This document shows positions 1 through 10,200 of a stretch of DNA of 64,000 nt, in pieces (within the stretch, counting starts at the first letter, position 1; each line of letters begins with the position of its first letter). Made by a program: the position numbers and the translations under genes. The notes beneath the pieces were generated by a model. It saw only the letters and a program-made list of their open reading frames with translations. It was not told where the DNA came from and did not search any database. The stretch is from the NCBI GenBank assembly GCA_963835065.1, contig CAWIEK010000060.1:64001-128000 (forward strand). The letters run 5' to 3'. The stretch is from an uncultured Chthonomonadaceae bacterium. Its GTDB lineage: Bacteria > Armatimonadota > Chthonomonadetes > Chthonomonadales > Chthonomonadaceae.

Positions 1-1524
1 GGGCTGAATGGACTTGTGGGCGCGGACATACGCGAGGACGGTTTCCAGTCGCGGCGTGGTGGTTTCCGTTTTGTTGGTGATGTCCGCGAGAATGAAGCGG
101 GCGTAATAGTTGTTGGTTGCGCCGGAATACACGCGCTCGTCTTCGATGGGCTTGCCGCCAATCGTGGCTTCGGTCAACGCGCCATTTTCGTAACGATAGC
201 GGATGCCGGATACGGCGGGGCGGTTCTTTGCCAGCATATCTTTGAGCTGTTTGCCCGTTGCGCGGAACGTGACGATGGTGTTGCCGAACGGGTCCATGCT
301 TACCATGTCCGCATAGGTGATCGCGCCTTTTGCCAGGGGAGCGCGAACGCCGCCCATGTTTTCGATGTCGAATTCAAGGCCAAGCTGCTCCCGTATGGCG
401 TCCGCAACCAGATTGTACTCGGCGTGATCCGCGCCTTTTGCCGCGAAATCCCCCGCCGCCTCGCCCACGACAACCCCGTACTTCGCTTTGATCGGGTTCC
501 AGAAACCGTCTACCACACTGCGGGTTTGCGCGTCTTCGGGCGTTGCCGACGTGACCGGCAGAAGTTTGCCTTTGTATTTGGCGATGTGCCAGCTTTTATC
601 TTCGTTGCGGCGCAGGGTCAAATCCAATCGTCCCAATGTTCCCGCCCATTGAAAATCCTGCACAACAATGGTTCCATGCACGGAGTTGGGCATGGTTTCG
701 GAAGGGTGCGGAATCAGCAGGGGTTCGGGCAAAAGCGTGTGGGAGTGCCCGCCGACGATCAGGTCAATGCCCGGCACGGTTGCGGCCATTTTGATGTCCT
801 CGTCCACGCCGATGTGCGTAATGGCGACGACTAAATCGGCCTGCTTGCGCAGTTCGGGAACCAGTTTTTGCGCGACGGGAATGGGTTCGGCCATTTCCAG
901 ATCGTTGCGGGCGGCGGTGTACGTGCGCGCGTCATACGTGAGCAGGCCGAAAAACGCGACTTTCACGCCCTCGATTTCGCGGATGATATACGGCTGATAC
1001 AACAGTTTTCCGGTCGCCTTGACAGTGGAATTGGCGGACAGCAGGGGAAACTTGGCTTCGCTGATGAGTTTTTGTACCTGCGTGAGCGTGTTGCTGTACT
1101 CGTGGTTGCCGGGGCAGGCGAGGTCGTAGCCGACGGCGTTCATAGCCTGTATGTCGGCGTCACCGTGATACTCTGTTGAAAACGGCGTCCCGTCGCACAC
1201 ATCGCCCGCATCAATCAGCAGCGTGGCATGGTCTTTTTCGCGGCGAACGGCGTTGACAAGCGTGGCCCGCCGCGCCGCGCCGCCGATGCTGCGCCGGGTT
1301 TTCAGCAGGGCAACGGGATTGTTCGCGTCGAACGTATCAGGATAACTGTAGGGCAGCAAATGCCCGTGCGTATCATTGGTATGCAGGATCGTCAGATGCA
1401 CCTCTTTGGCGGCAGACGCGGCATTGGCGCGAGGCTTGTCGGCCCACGCAGAAACGGAAAGCAGGGCAGGCAGCGCGGCAAGCGTAAACAGCATTGGCAC
1501 ACAGCAGAAACGGCGAAACGGCAT
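1..1524 (-). CDS. Bifunctional metallophosphatase/5'-nucleotidase (3' end runs off the window)
   Basis: Manual translation of the minus frame from ATG at 1524 (SD AAGGAG upstream): signal peptide, then ILHTNDTHGH, IDAGD, PGNHE, THIG and GGHSH metallophosphoesterase motifs. Not in the ORF track because it has no stop in the window. Confidence 0.9.
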   Translation of the reverse strand, partial: MPFRRFCCVPMLFTLAALPALLSVSAWADKPRANAASAAKEVHLTILHTNDTHGHLLPYSYPDTFDANNPVALLKTRRSIGGAARRATLVNAVRREKDHATLLIDAGDVCDGTPFSTEYHGDADIQAMNAVGYDLACPGNHEYSNTLTQVQKLISEAKFPLLSANSTVKATGKLLYQPYIIREIEGVKVAFFGLLTYDARTYTAARNDLEMAEPIPVAQKLVPELRKQADLVVAITHIGVDEDIKMAATVPGIDLIVGGHSHTLLPEPLLIPHPSETMPNSVHGTIVVQDFQWAGTLGRLDLTLRRNEDKSWHIAKYKGKLLPVTSATPEDAQTRSVVDGFWNPIKAKYGVVVGEAAGDFAAKGADHAEYNLVADAIREQLGLEFDIENMGGVRAPLAKGAITYADMVSMDPFGNTIVTFRATGKQLKDMLAKNRPAVSGIRYRYENGALTEATIGGKPIEDERVYSGATNNYYARFILADITNKTETTTPRLETVLAYVRAHKSIQP

Positions 1525-1850
1525 TGCAAACTCCTTCTAAAAACAATTTCCAACCAACAAATTCCGAGGCAAACGCTTGAATCGCGCGTTTCCCGAAAGT
1601 AGTATACCGCAGGCGCAAACAAGTCTTTATGCCATAGAGAAAGCATTATGGCCGAATGGCCGCTTGTGCCGAACAGGTTTTTTGATGTATCCTGTAATTA
1701 GACTATGCGGCGCGTTGCGGTCACATTTTGCCTTCGCGCCGCGTAAAGTTGTTATAGAACGACAACCATTTTTGTGAAGGTTCTTGCTTGGAACCTTGAT
1801 AGCGCAGGCTGCGCAGAGATGCAGTGTAGTCAGAAGGAAAGGATGTTACT

Positions 1851-2315
1851 ATGCGAAGTTCGTACTGGAATGGAATGCTGGCGGTACTCGCGCTGGCGAT
1901 GCCGGTGATCACGGGAGCGCAGGGTGCGCCGCAGGGTGGGGGTGGCGGCATGGCTCCGCCGTTTGCGGGTGGGGCAGGCCACAAGTCCATGACCCTTGAC
2001 GAAGCCGTGAAGATGGCTCCCCAGCAGGACAAGAGCCTGGAACCGCTTGCCAAAGCCGCCACTGCCGCCGAAACCAAAATGAAGAAATCGCCCAAGGACG
2101 CGGGCGCGAAGAAAGCGTTTGTGGAAGCGGCGTACAAGTTCGGCCATGCGGCGGAATATGGCGACAAATTGCCGCCCACTGTCCGCTACCGCGCCGCGCT
2201 CGCCATGTACCGCAAGGTACTCGCTGTAGACCCCAAGCACCAGCCGAGTTTGGCGGAAAAGCAGCAGATCGAAGCCATCTATAAAAACATGGGCATGCCT
2301 GTTCCGAGCAAGTAG
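1851..2315 (+). CDS. Secreted small helical/TPR-like protein
   Basis: Signal peptide, C-terminal YRAALAMYRKVLAVDPKH TPR-like helix pair, SD upstream. Confidence 0.75.
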   Translation: MRSSYWNGMLAVLALAMPVITGAQGAPQGGGGGMAPPFAGGAGHKSMTLDEAVKMAPQQDKSLEPLAKAATAAETKMKKSPKDAGAKKAFVEAAYKFGHAAEYGDKLPPTVRYRAALAMYRKVLAVDPKHQPSLAEKQQIEAIYKNMGMPVPSK

Positions 2316-2403
2316 GAAGGGTGTTGGGGGTTGGGTATTGGGTGTTGGGAGAAGGATGTTTCTTATCCTTTACACCCTATCCCTTGATGTTGAGAGGAGA
2401 GCG

Positions 2404-3000
2404 GTGAATGAGATGCAGTATCGAATAACACGGCGTTCGATCTTAGCAGTTGGCGCAATGGCTTGCATGGCGTTGGAAGGGGGCGTTGTTTTGGCGCAGT
2501 CTTCAGAGGATAAGGCGCAGGCCGATGCCAAAGCGCATGACAAGATGGGACAAAAGGCTATTGTGAAGAAAACGGCTCCTCCGGTTAAATCCACGCCTGC
2601 GCCCAACCCGACTCAACCGCTGGCATTGACAGTCACAACGGACAAAAAGACGTATGCGGCGGGAACGGTTATCCAGATGACGCTGACGGCGAAGAATACA
2701 ACGGCTGCGCCCATGAACCTCAACTTCAACAGCGGACAACAGTACGACTTTGCGCTGCGCGAAGGAACCAAACCGGACGGCAAAATCGTGTGGCAGTGGG
2801 CCAAAGGCCGCATGTTCGCGCAAATGATGGGGAACAAAAAACTGGAACCGGGCAAATCCCTGACATTCACCGAAACCTACGATCCCAAAGCGCTTCCCGC
2901 CACAAGCGAAGCCCTCAAAGCCGGAACCTACACCCTGACCGCAACGCTGGCAACCTTCGGCACACGCCCGTTCGCCAGTACGCAGGTGACAATCAAGTGA
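2404..3000 (+). CDS. Exported protein with BsuPI-like (intracellular proteinase inhibitor) Ig-like domain
   Basis: TRR-type signal; LTVTTDKKTY...LNFNSGQQYDF...VWQWAKGRMF motif. GTG start chosen after SD GAGGAG. Confidence 0.75.
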   Translation: MNEMQYRITRRSILAVGAMACMALEGGVVLAQSSEDKAQADAKAHDKMGQKAIVKKTAPPVKSTPAPNPTQPLALTVTTDKKTYAAGTVIQMTLTAKNTTAAPMNLNFNSGQQYDFALREGTKPDGKIVWQWAKGRMFAQMMGNKKLEPGKSLTFTETYDPKALPATSEALKAGTYTLTATLATFGTRPFASTQVTIK

Positions 3001-3009
3001 AGAGTGAAG

Positions 3010-3044
3010 AGTGAGAGTGAGAGAATTTTTCTCTCACTCTCACT
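3010..3044 (+). terminator. Hairpin downstream of the BsuPI-like gene
   Basis: AGTGAGAGTGAGAGA / TCTCTCACTCTCACT inverted repeat directly after the stop codon. Confidence 0.6.
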
Positions 3045-3047
3045 TAG

Positions 3048-3405
3048 CGCCTATCAGCAAACCTCCCGCAAAACCAATCCCACAGGAAAAAAGCTAAAAA
3101 ATTAGCGAAAAAGAGCCTTACAACGCCAAAAAAGGTGAACCTTTTACCCCATTCACTCTGTCTATATAGTACAAACGTCTGCTATACAGACGGGAAGGTT
3201 GAACGCTGGTAGTTCCTATCAACTATCAACTATCAACTACTTACTCAGCAAAGGAGGTACAGGCCCATGTCCCACCCCTCCCGTTCGCCCTGACGCCCTT
3301 GAGGTCACGACGCCTCTCTCCTACAACCTGACACAACGAGACATCGGGCTGGAAGCGCTGTATTGCCAAGATTTCGACGATGCCTCTACATACTTCCTTT
3401 TTTCT
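3048..3405 (+). ncRNA. Dispersed element copy 1: ECF-like promoter, hairpin, SD, micro-ORF MSHPSRSP (3267-3293), conserved 92-nt core (3301-3392); putative sRNA
   Basis: Near-identical core at 23959-24050 and 48594-48685, same architecture in all three copies. The ncRNA call is inference. Confidence 0.6.
3137..3164 (+). promoter_or_regulatory. ECF-sigma-like promoter of element copy 1
   Basis: GAACCT-N17-GTCTA; equivalent GAACCC-N16-GTCTA and GAAACC-N16-GTCTA in copies 2 and 3. Confidence 0.6.
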
Positions 3406-3414
3406 ACATACTGT

Positions 3415-5295
3415 TTATCCTCCCACCGCCCAATTCAGCCCCGTATAGCGGCGGTAGCCATAACAGCGGGCGATATGAACGTAGCGGATAGGCGTGGGGC
3501 TGCCGGCGCGGCGGATGGGGAAGGGCGGGTCCCATTCGACGCGCTCAAAGATTTGGCGCAGGTCGTTTACATCGGATTCGCCGTCGTTGAAGAAAATCGC
3601 GTTGTCGCCAAGATGCGCTTCCAATCGTTCCACGTGCGCGGCGTACATCGTCAAGCGCCAGTGCAGGAACATATCGTAAGTGGGCGGATGATCCGGCAGG
3701 TAAAACCCCATCAGGGCGCAATACTGGTAGCCGTTGCCCGCAATAAACACCGGCTGCCCGCTTTTTGCCATGTCCTTCCGAACTTCCTGCACATGCGCCG
3801 CCAAATCGCGCCAGCCATACATCTGCGTAGTCACATCATCTTTAGGCTGCAAGCGTATGCCAACGGCTGACCGCAATTCCGGCGACAGCATCAACACGGT
3901 CAGCAGGGCGCTCGTGAGGAAGATAGTTGATAGTTGATAGTTGATAGTTGATAGAACAGGAAGTGATGAGTGATGAGTGATGAGTGATGAGTGTGCATCC
4001 AATTCATCATTCCTCATTCCGCGTTCAGCATTGTCTTCTGTTCCCTGTTCCCTGTTCCCTGTTCCCTGTTCTTCTGTCTTCTCTTCTTCTTTTCTCTTTT
4101 TCTTCTTTTCTTCCAAGCGAAGCGCCGCCCACCCCGCCCACAAAATAGTCGGCGTGATCCAGGCGCAGGGGGCCCAGTTGGCCTGTACCTGTGACCGCAG
4201 CGCCATCAGACAGAAGAACAGGAGGACGGGGAAGCCGTGACAGAAGAGGAACAAGGTTTCAGGTGTTCGGGTGTTCAGGTGTTCAGATATTGGGTATTCG
4301 GTATTCGGTGTTGCATCGTAGAGTTTGTTTGCTCTGACTTCTTCTGAGGAGGCGCGTGAATACCTGAACACCTGAACACCCGCCGCAACACACGCAAGAA
4401 ACAAGCCGGGGCCGAGCAGGAGGGCTTGCGAACCGATGAATTCACCTAAGCGGGATAGCGGCGTATGTTTGGTTTTGTAGGCCAAGTAGCCCAGATGCCC
4501 GAACGTCCACCAGTGGTGATGCGCGTTCCACCACAGGACACCCACGTACAGCAGCAGGGTTATCAGAAAGGCGGCGTAGGGTTCGGGACGGCGCAGCCAT
4601 TTGCGATGCGGGGGCGAAATCAGCAGGAACAGCAGCAGGCAGGGCAGGAGGAGCAGCATTGTGTGCTTGCTGAGAAACCCCAGCCCGACGGCAAGCCCCG
4701 CCCACAGCCACGCGCGTTTTTGACCGGCTTCGTTGGTTCCGAACAGGGCGCGTTCCAGAAACACGAGCGCCAAAGCCCAGAAGAACACAAGCGGGGGATC
4801 GTAAGTGGCGATAAGGCTGCCGACGGTCAGGAGCGGGGTTGCGGCGAGAAGTACCACCGTCAGAAATCCGGCGAGCGGCGAGAAAATGCGCTTCGCCAGA
4901 ATATACGCGCAGATTAGTGCGCCCAAACAAGAGGCCCATACCCCAATTCTTACCCCGAATTCGTTGGTTCCGAACAGCAGGGTTGTCAGGCGAATCAGAT
5001 AGGCGATGAATGGCCCCTGATCGTAGTATCCCCACGCGAGATGCCGCGACCAATCCCAATAGTAGGCTTCATCCGGCGCGAGTTCCACGCGCCATAATTG
5101 CGTCAGCCGCAGCAGGGAAGTGATTAGCAGGAACCAGAACGTGGCGCGTTCCCAACGGCGTGTTTCGGTGTTCAGGTGTCGGGTGTCGGGTGTCGGGTGT
5201 TCAGGTATTCGGGTGTTCGGGTGTTTGGTATTGGGTGTTTGGGCGTTGTGAAACTCTTTACCGGGATTGATGTTTGTGATTTGGCGTGAAGGCAT
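3415..5295 (-). CDS. Glycosyltransferase family 39/ArnT-like membrane protein with repeat-derived insertions
   Basis: LAPDEAYYWDWSRHLAWGYYDQGP motif and multiple TM helices. ATG at 5295 overlaps the upstream stop (TAATG). Confidence 0.88.
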   Translation of the reverse strand: MPSRQITNINPGKEFHNAQTPNTKHPNTRIPEHPTPDTRHLNTETRRWERATFWFLLITSLLRLTQLWRVELAPDEAYYWDWSRHLAWGYYDQGPFIAYLIRLTTLLFGTNEFGVRIGVWASCLGALICAYILAKRIFSPLAGFLTVVLLAATPLLTVGSLIATYDPPLVFFWALALVFLERALFGTNEAGQKRAWLWAGLAVGLGFLSKHTMLLLLPCLLLFLLISPPHRKWLRRPEPYAAFLITLLLYVGVLWWNAHHHWWTFGHLGYLAYKTKHTPLSRLGEFIGSQALLLGPGLFLACVAAGVQVFRYSRASSEEVRANKLYDATPNTEYPISEHLNTRTPETLFLFCHGFPVLLFFCLMALRSQVQANWAPCAWITPTILWAGWAALRLEEKKKKRKEEEKTEEQGTGNREQGTEDNAERGMRNDELDAHSSLITHHSSLPVLSTINYQLSTIFLTSALLTVLMLSPELRSAVGIRLQPKDDVTTQMYGWRDLAAHVQEVRKDMAKSGQPVFIAGNGYQYCALMGFYLPDHPPTYDMFLHWRLTMYAAHVERLEAHLGDNAIFFNDGESDVNDLRQIFERVEWDPPFPIRRAGSPTPIRYVHIARCYGYRRYTGLNWAVGG

Positions 5296-6128
5296 TAGCG
5301 TGGCAGGGCGAACAGGTCGTCGGAAAGCCCTTGATTTACTTTCACGTCGTTGATGGTGGTGATGGCCGCGCTGATGCCCTCCGCGTTCTTTACTTCTACT
5401 TGTGAGGGCAGCCAGATGCCGTCCGCAACCTCTTTGGGATTTTGATAATAGAAAGTGGCTTTCAGTTTGCCTTCCGCTCCATACCATTCCCGTTTGATGG
5501 TCAGGCGCGTTTTGGAATCGAACCACACGCGGAAATGGGAGCCGACAGCCGCGCCCTTGTAGGTCAAATCAAACACGGAAGCCGGCTGGTCATCCACCAT
5601 TTCCTGCCGAACGAATTTGCCCCGCATAAACGTCAGAGTTTCGGGCGCAAGCAGGCCACCATACTCCAGAATAGATTGGCGCTTGCCGGGCGAGTCGGTC
5701 AAGTCTTCCACCTTTTTGGGCTGAAGCGGAGCGCGAAAGTAGCGGTACGGGCCGTTCATTAAAATGGACGCATTGCCAAGCAAACTTTTGCCGGAAAGCC
5801 GCATCTTGTCCGGCTGCTTGTATTGCAGCGTCACGGTACGCAGAAGGTTCTGGAATTGATAGGAACGCGCAAAGTCGCCGCCGATTTTCTCCAGTTCTTT
5901 CGTATCGCTTGTCTGGACTCGAAGCGTCGCCTGTAAGTCCGTGATTCTGGTAGTCATGTCCGCCAGCGTGGCGCTTTCACTGGCAGCCGCGTTTGCGCCG
6001 GAAGGTTTGGGCGCGACATCGCCATGCGCTCTGCGAATGGACACGGCTGTGACAACGCACACCGCGCTCAACAGCGCCATGGAAAGCAAGGCACAACTGC
6101 GGTTATCGTATTTGCGAAGGGAAGACAT
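5295..6128 (-). CDS. LolA-like outer membrane lipoprotein-sorting protein
   Basis: Signal peptide, YKQPDKMRL, VWFDSKTRL, WLPSQVEV, VKVNQGLSDDLF C-terminus. Start set at ATG after SD AAGGA. Confidence 0.75.
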   Translation of the reverse strand: MSSLRKYDNRSCALLSMALLSAVCVVTAVSIRRAHGDVAPKPSGANAAASESATLADMTTRITDLQATLRVQTSDTKELEKIGGDFARSYQFQNLLRTVTLQYKQPDKMRLSGKSLLGNASILMNGPYRYFRAPLQPKKVEDLTDSPGKRQSILEYGGLLAPETLTFMRGKFVRQEMVDDQPASVFDLTYKGAAVGSHFRVWFDSKTRLTIKREWYGAEGKLKATFYYQNPKEVADGIWLPSQVEVKNAEGISAAITTINDVKVNQGLSDDLFALPR

Positions 6129-6333
6129 AGATAGTTCCTTCTTCATGGTTGCCTGACTGTCTGTAACTCTCTTCAACCCACAACCTGTCGGCGTGTTTGC
6201 GCAGAAACTTGAAAAATTGCTGACTGTCACAGCATGGCTTGTTTGTTCGTGCTGTATAATGATACCACTGGTTCGGGCGAAAAGTCGTAGCTAAAACAGG
6301 ATAACCCAAATTACGCCCAAAGTCAAAGACCAG

Positions 6334-7272
6334 ATGCAAGTCTCACGGAGAAAAGTGAACACAAAACGTTTTCAACGCGCTGCCTTTTTCGCAGCCCTTT
6401 TAACAATGTATGCGGCGGGATCGCATGTCGCCGCGCAAAATAAGTTTGCTAGTAAGGCTTCCAAGACCAGCATACCCCTGATACATATACCGGCGTTGAG
6501 CCAAAAGGAAGCCGAACCGCCTGCCGATGTTACCACATCCGACGCGCATCACCTGTTCCCCTGGGAACAACATGCGCCGGGCGGGAAGCCGGACTCCCTG
6601 GGCGGTTTCTCGATGGTCAATGTAATCGCGGGAGATAAGCAGCACGGCTTGTCCGTCGTGCAGCTTGTGCGCGGCGATGAGCATCTCAAAGAGATCGCGC
6701 TGACATTTGACGACGGGCCGCATCCGCCGTTTACCGAACGCCTGCTGGACTTGCTCAAGCAATTAGATGTGCGGGCAACCTTCTTCGTTGTCGGGCGCAA
6801 GGTGGACGCCGCGCCGGAGATTCTGGCGCGGATGGTGGCGGAGAAACACGATGTCGCCAATCATACGTATCATCATGTAAACCTGAAAACGTTGCCCTAC
6901 GGACTGGTGGAAAACGAGATTCGGCTGGACAATGACGCCATTCGCCGCGCCTGCGGGAAAGAGCCGGTGTTTTTCCGCCCGCCCGGAGGCCAGCGCAACG
7001 GCGAAGTGGTAGAAATCGCCCGCCGCCTGGGGATGAGTACCCTGTTGTGGACGGACGATCCCGCCGATTATGCCAATCCGGGAGCCGACATTATCGAGGA
7101 AAAACTGCTGCAGCATGTGCGCCCCGGCGCGGTCATCCTGCTGCATGACGGCGTAGAGCAGACCTATCAAATGCTGCCCGACTTGGTTGCCAAATTGCGG
7201 CAGCAAGGCTATAAATTCGTCACCGCCACCGAAATGGCGCAGCACCTGGAGGCGTCCAGTCAGACGAAGTGA
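6334..7272 (+). CDS. Polysaccharide deacetylase (NodB/CE4)
   Basis: ALTFDDGP, NHTYHH, FRPPGG and ILLHDG motifs. Confidence 0.93.
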   Translation: MQVSRRKVNTKRFQRAAFFAALLTMYAAGSHVAAQNKFASKASKTSIPLIHIPALSQKEAEPPADVTTSDAHHLFPWEQHAPGGKPDSLGGFSMVNVIAGDKQHGLSVVQLVRGDEHLKEIALTFDDGPHPPFTERLLDLLKQLDVRATFFVVGRKVDAAPEILARMVAEKHDVANHTYHHVNLKTLPYGLVENEIRLDNDAIRRACGKEPVFFRPPGGQRNGEVVEIARRLGMSTLLWTDDPADYANPGADIIEEKLLQHVRPGAVILLHDGVEQTYQMLPDLVAKLRQQGYKFVTATEMAQHLEASSQTK

Positions 7273-7282
7273 TGAGTGATGA

Positions 7283-10200
7283 ATGATGAATGATGAATAT
7301 AGCGAACAGAAAAATGATGAACGAGGAGTGATAAATGATGAACAAAATACAAATTCCAATTCATCACTCATCACTCATCACTCATCACTTCCTACGTTGC
7401 CTGTCTTTTACGACGAGCAGAAACTGCGCTGGCCCTGGCTGAAGCGCATGGCGGTTGTCGGCGGATTGGTGGGGATTTTGGCGGCTGTTGTATTGGCCGT
7501 CAGTGTTTTTGCGCCTGCGCTGCTGCCGCGCAATCCCCTGCCCCGCGCTACAACCGTGCGCGAAATAGGCAATCAAGACCCGATTCTGTCGCATTTTGAA
7601 CAGCGCCCGCACTTGGCGCAAACCAATCCGCCCATGACGCGCCTGCAGCGTCGGCAATTGGGCGTTAAGTTTACGCGAGACCGCCAGAAACTGGAAGCCT
7701 ACACCCGCCGCGAACAAAGCAAAGCCGCGGAAAACGCCCGCCGCGCGCAGGCGTTCCTCCAGCAATGGCCGAACCAGATAAAAGGGCAGGGCCTCACCGC
7801 CGGCGGCGTCATGCCGTTTGGCTACGAGGACGAAGGGAACAGGGAACAGGGAACAGGGAATAGAAAAGAAGAAGAGAAGAAGAGAAGAGAAGAGAAGGCT
7901 CAACACCCGACACCCGACACCCGACACCCAACACCCGTTGTCGCGGCGTTTTACGTGAACTGGGAAGAAACGTCGTGGGCGTCGGCGCAGCATAACATGG
8001 CGCATTTGACGCACTTTTTGCCGGAATGGCTGCATCTGAAACAAAAGGGCGCGGATGTGGGCAGTTCCAATCCCAAAACCCTGCCGTTTCTGGATGCGCG
8101 GGACGACAAGGACAAAACGGACGTTGTCAATCTGGCGCATAGCAACAGTGTGCCGATTGTGGTTTTGCTCAACAATTATACGCGGCCTAAGAACGAGGAA
8201 GAGGGCGAGGGCAAGTGGGATACGGACGCGGTACACGCGCTCGTTTCTGACCCGAAAGCGCGGCGCAATTTTGCGCGGCAGATGCGCGACTGGCTGCTTG
8301 CCAACAAATTGCAGGGCGTCAACATTGATTTTGAGGAAGTGGCGGAACAGGATCGCGACGGCCTGACGCTGTTTATGCGCGAATTGTATACGGCCCTGCA
8401 CCCCGCGAAATTGCTGGTGACGCAGGACGTGCAGGTGGAAGGCGGGGCGTATGACTTTCCCGGTTTGGCGAAATGGAACGACTGGCTTGTGCCGATGTTC
8501 TACGATGAGCATGAGTCCAGCAGCGGGCCGGGCGCAATCGCGGGCATAGATTGGACGCACAAGCATCTGGACGCGCTGCTGTCGCAGGTAGACCCATCTA
8601 AAGTGGTTATGGCGGTGGGACAGCAAGGCTACGATTGGACAAAGGGCGTGGCGGGAACCGAGTCGCTGCGCTACCAGACCGCAGTGGTTACAGCCAAAGA
8701 GTCTTACGACGGTAAGGGCATGGATGGCGTGATTCGCATGGACCCGGCCAGCCTGAACCCGATGTTTACCTATTCCGAGGATACGCTCGACAAGAACAAT
8801 CAGGCGCGGCAGGAGGAGCATACCGTCTGGATGCAGGATGCCGCCAGCGTGTACAACCAATTGCTGCTCGCCCGCCCGCATGGAATACGCGGCGCGGCGT
8901 TGTGGATGCTCGGCGCGGAAGACCCGACGATTTGGAGCTACTACGACAAAAACCTCTGGAACGGCGATTGGAAGCAGATCGTTGCCGGGGGCGCGCTAAA
9001 TACGATTTCTTACGGCGGAACGGGTGAGATTGACTTCACGGCGGAGGGCGAATTGCTCCAGCCCGTTGCCGAGCCGACAAGCGGACAGCGGACAATCACG
9101 CAGGACCCGAAAACGGGCATGATTACGGCGGAAGCGTACAAGATTGACCCCATAACCAACCGGCCCTTGATGCCGTCTTCCTACATCGTGCGTCGCTACG
9201 GGGGCAAAACGGGCAACCCGGCCAAGCAAATCGTGCTGACGTTCGATGATGGCCCCGACCCAACATATACGCCGCAGATACTCGACATTTTGAAGCGGTA
9301 TCACGTTCCCGCCGCGTTCTTCGTTGTCGGCAAAATGGCGGAAGCCAACCCCAACATCGTGCGGCGGATGTGGGATGAGGGGCACGAAATCGGCAACCAT
9401 ACGTGGGATCACCGCGACCTTGCCGAACTGACGCCCACCCATCAGCAGATTGAATTGACGGCAACGGAGCGCGTGATTCAAGCCCTGACCGGACATTCGA
9501 CAACGCTGTTTCGCCCGCCGTATGGCAACGACGTGGAGCCGACAACGGGGGCGGAAGTGCGCCCGCTCGATCTCGCCGCGCAGATGAACTACCTGACAGT
9601 CGGGCAAAAGATTGATCCGCTGGATTGGGCGCTGTACAAGTTCAAGCCGGGAACCGAGGCTTTTGATTACACGCAGCCCAAAACCGCGCAGGATATTGTC
9701 AATGGCGTGTGGGCGGAAAAGGATCAGGGCAGCATCGTTTTGCTGCACGACGCGGGCGGCGACCGAACGCATACGGTTGCCGCATTGCCGCAGATTATCG
9801 AAAAACTGCGGGCGGGCGGCTATACGTTCGTATCCGTGTCGCAGTTAAGCGGCATACCCCGCGAAAAACTGATGCCACCGATTACGGGTAAGGACATTTA
9901 TCTCGCGGGCGGCGACCGCATGACGTTTGAAGCGGCGTATCTGTTCCAGATTACGCTGACGACCCTGTTCATGCTGTCCATCGTGCTTGGCACTTCGCGG
10001 GTGCTGCTGTTCGTGGGATTGGCGCTGATACAGCGGCAGCGCGAAAAAAAGCGCGTGTTCCCCGTGGGGTTTACGCCTTCCGTGTCGGTCATTATCGCCG
10101 CGTACAATGAGGAAAAGGTCATCGGGCGCACGATACAGGCATTGCTCGACAGCGGCTATCCGAATCTGGAAATCATCGTCGTAGACGACGGCAGCAAGGA

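Noticed and set aside
3291..3302. Selenocysteine or stop readthrough of the micro-ORF TGA
   Set aside because: The 0 frame meets further, non-conserved TGA codons in copies 1 and 3, and I could not support a SECIS element.
3301..3392. Core as a tRNA, hammerhead or group II intron fragment
   Set aside because: No cloverleaf with TTCGA/CCA arrangement, no CUGAUGA-GAAA core and no domain V motif recognised by eye. An Rfam search is still needed.
3199..3870. Track ORFs 3199-3870, 23703-24095 and 48368-48658 sharing LTQRDIGLEALYCQDFDD as a protein family
   Set aside because: Starts and ends are not conserved, the tails run antisense into real genes, and the SD points to a different frame. Kept only as a frameshift hypothesis.
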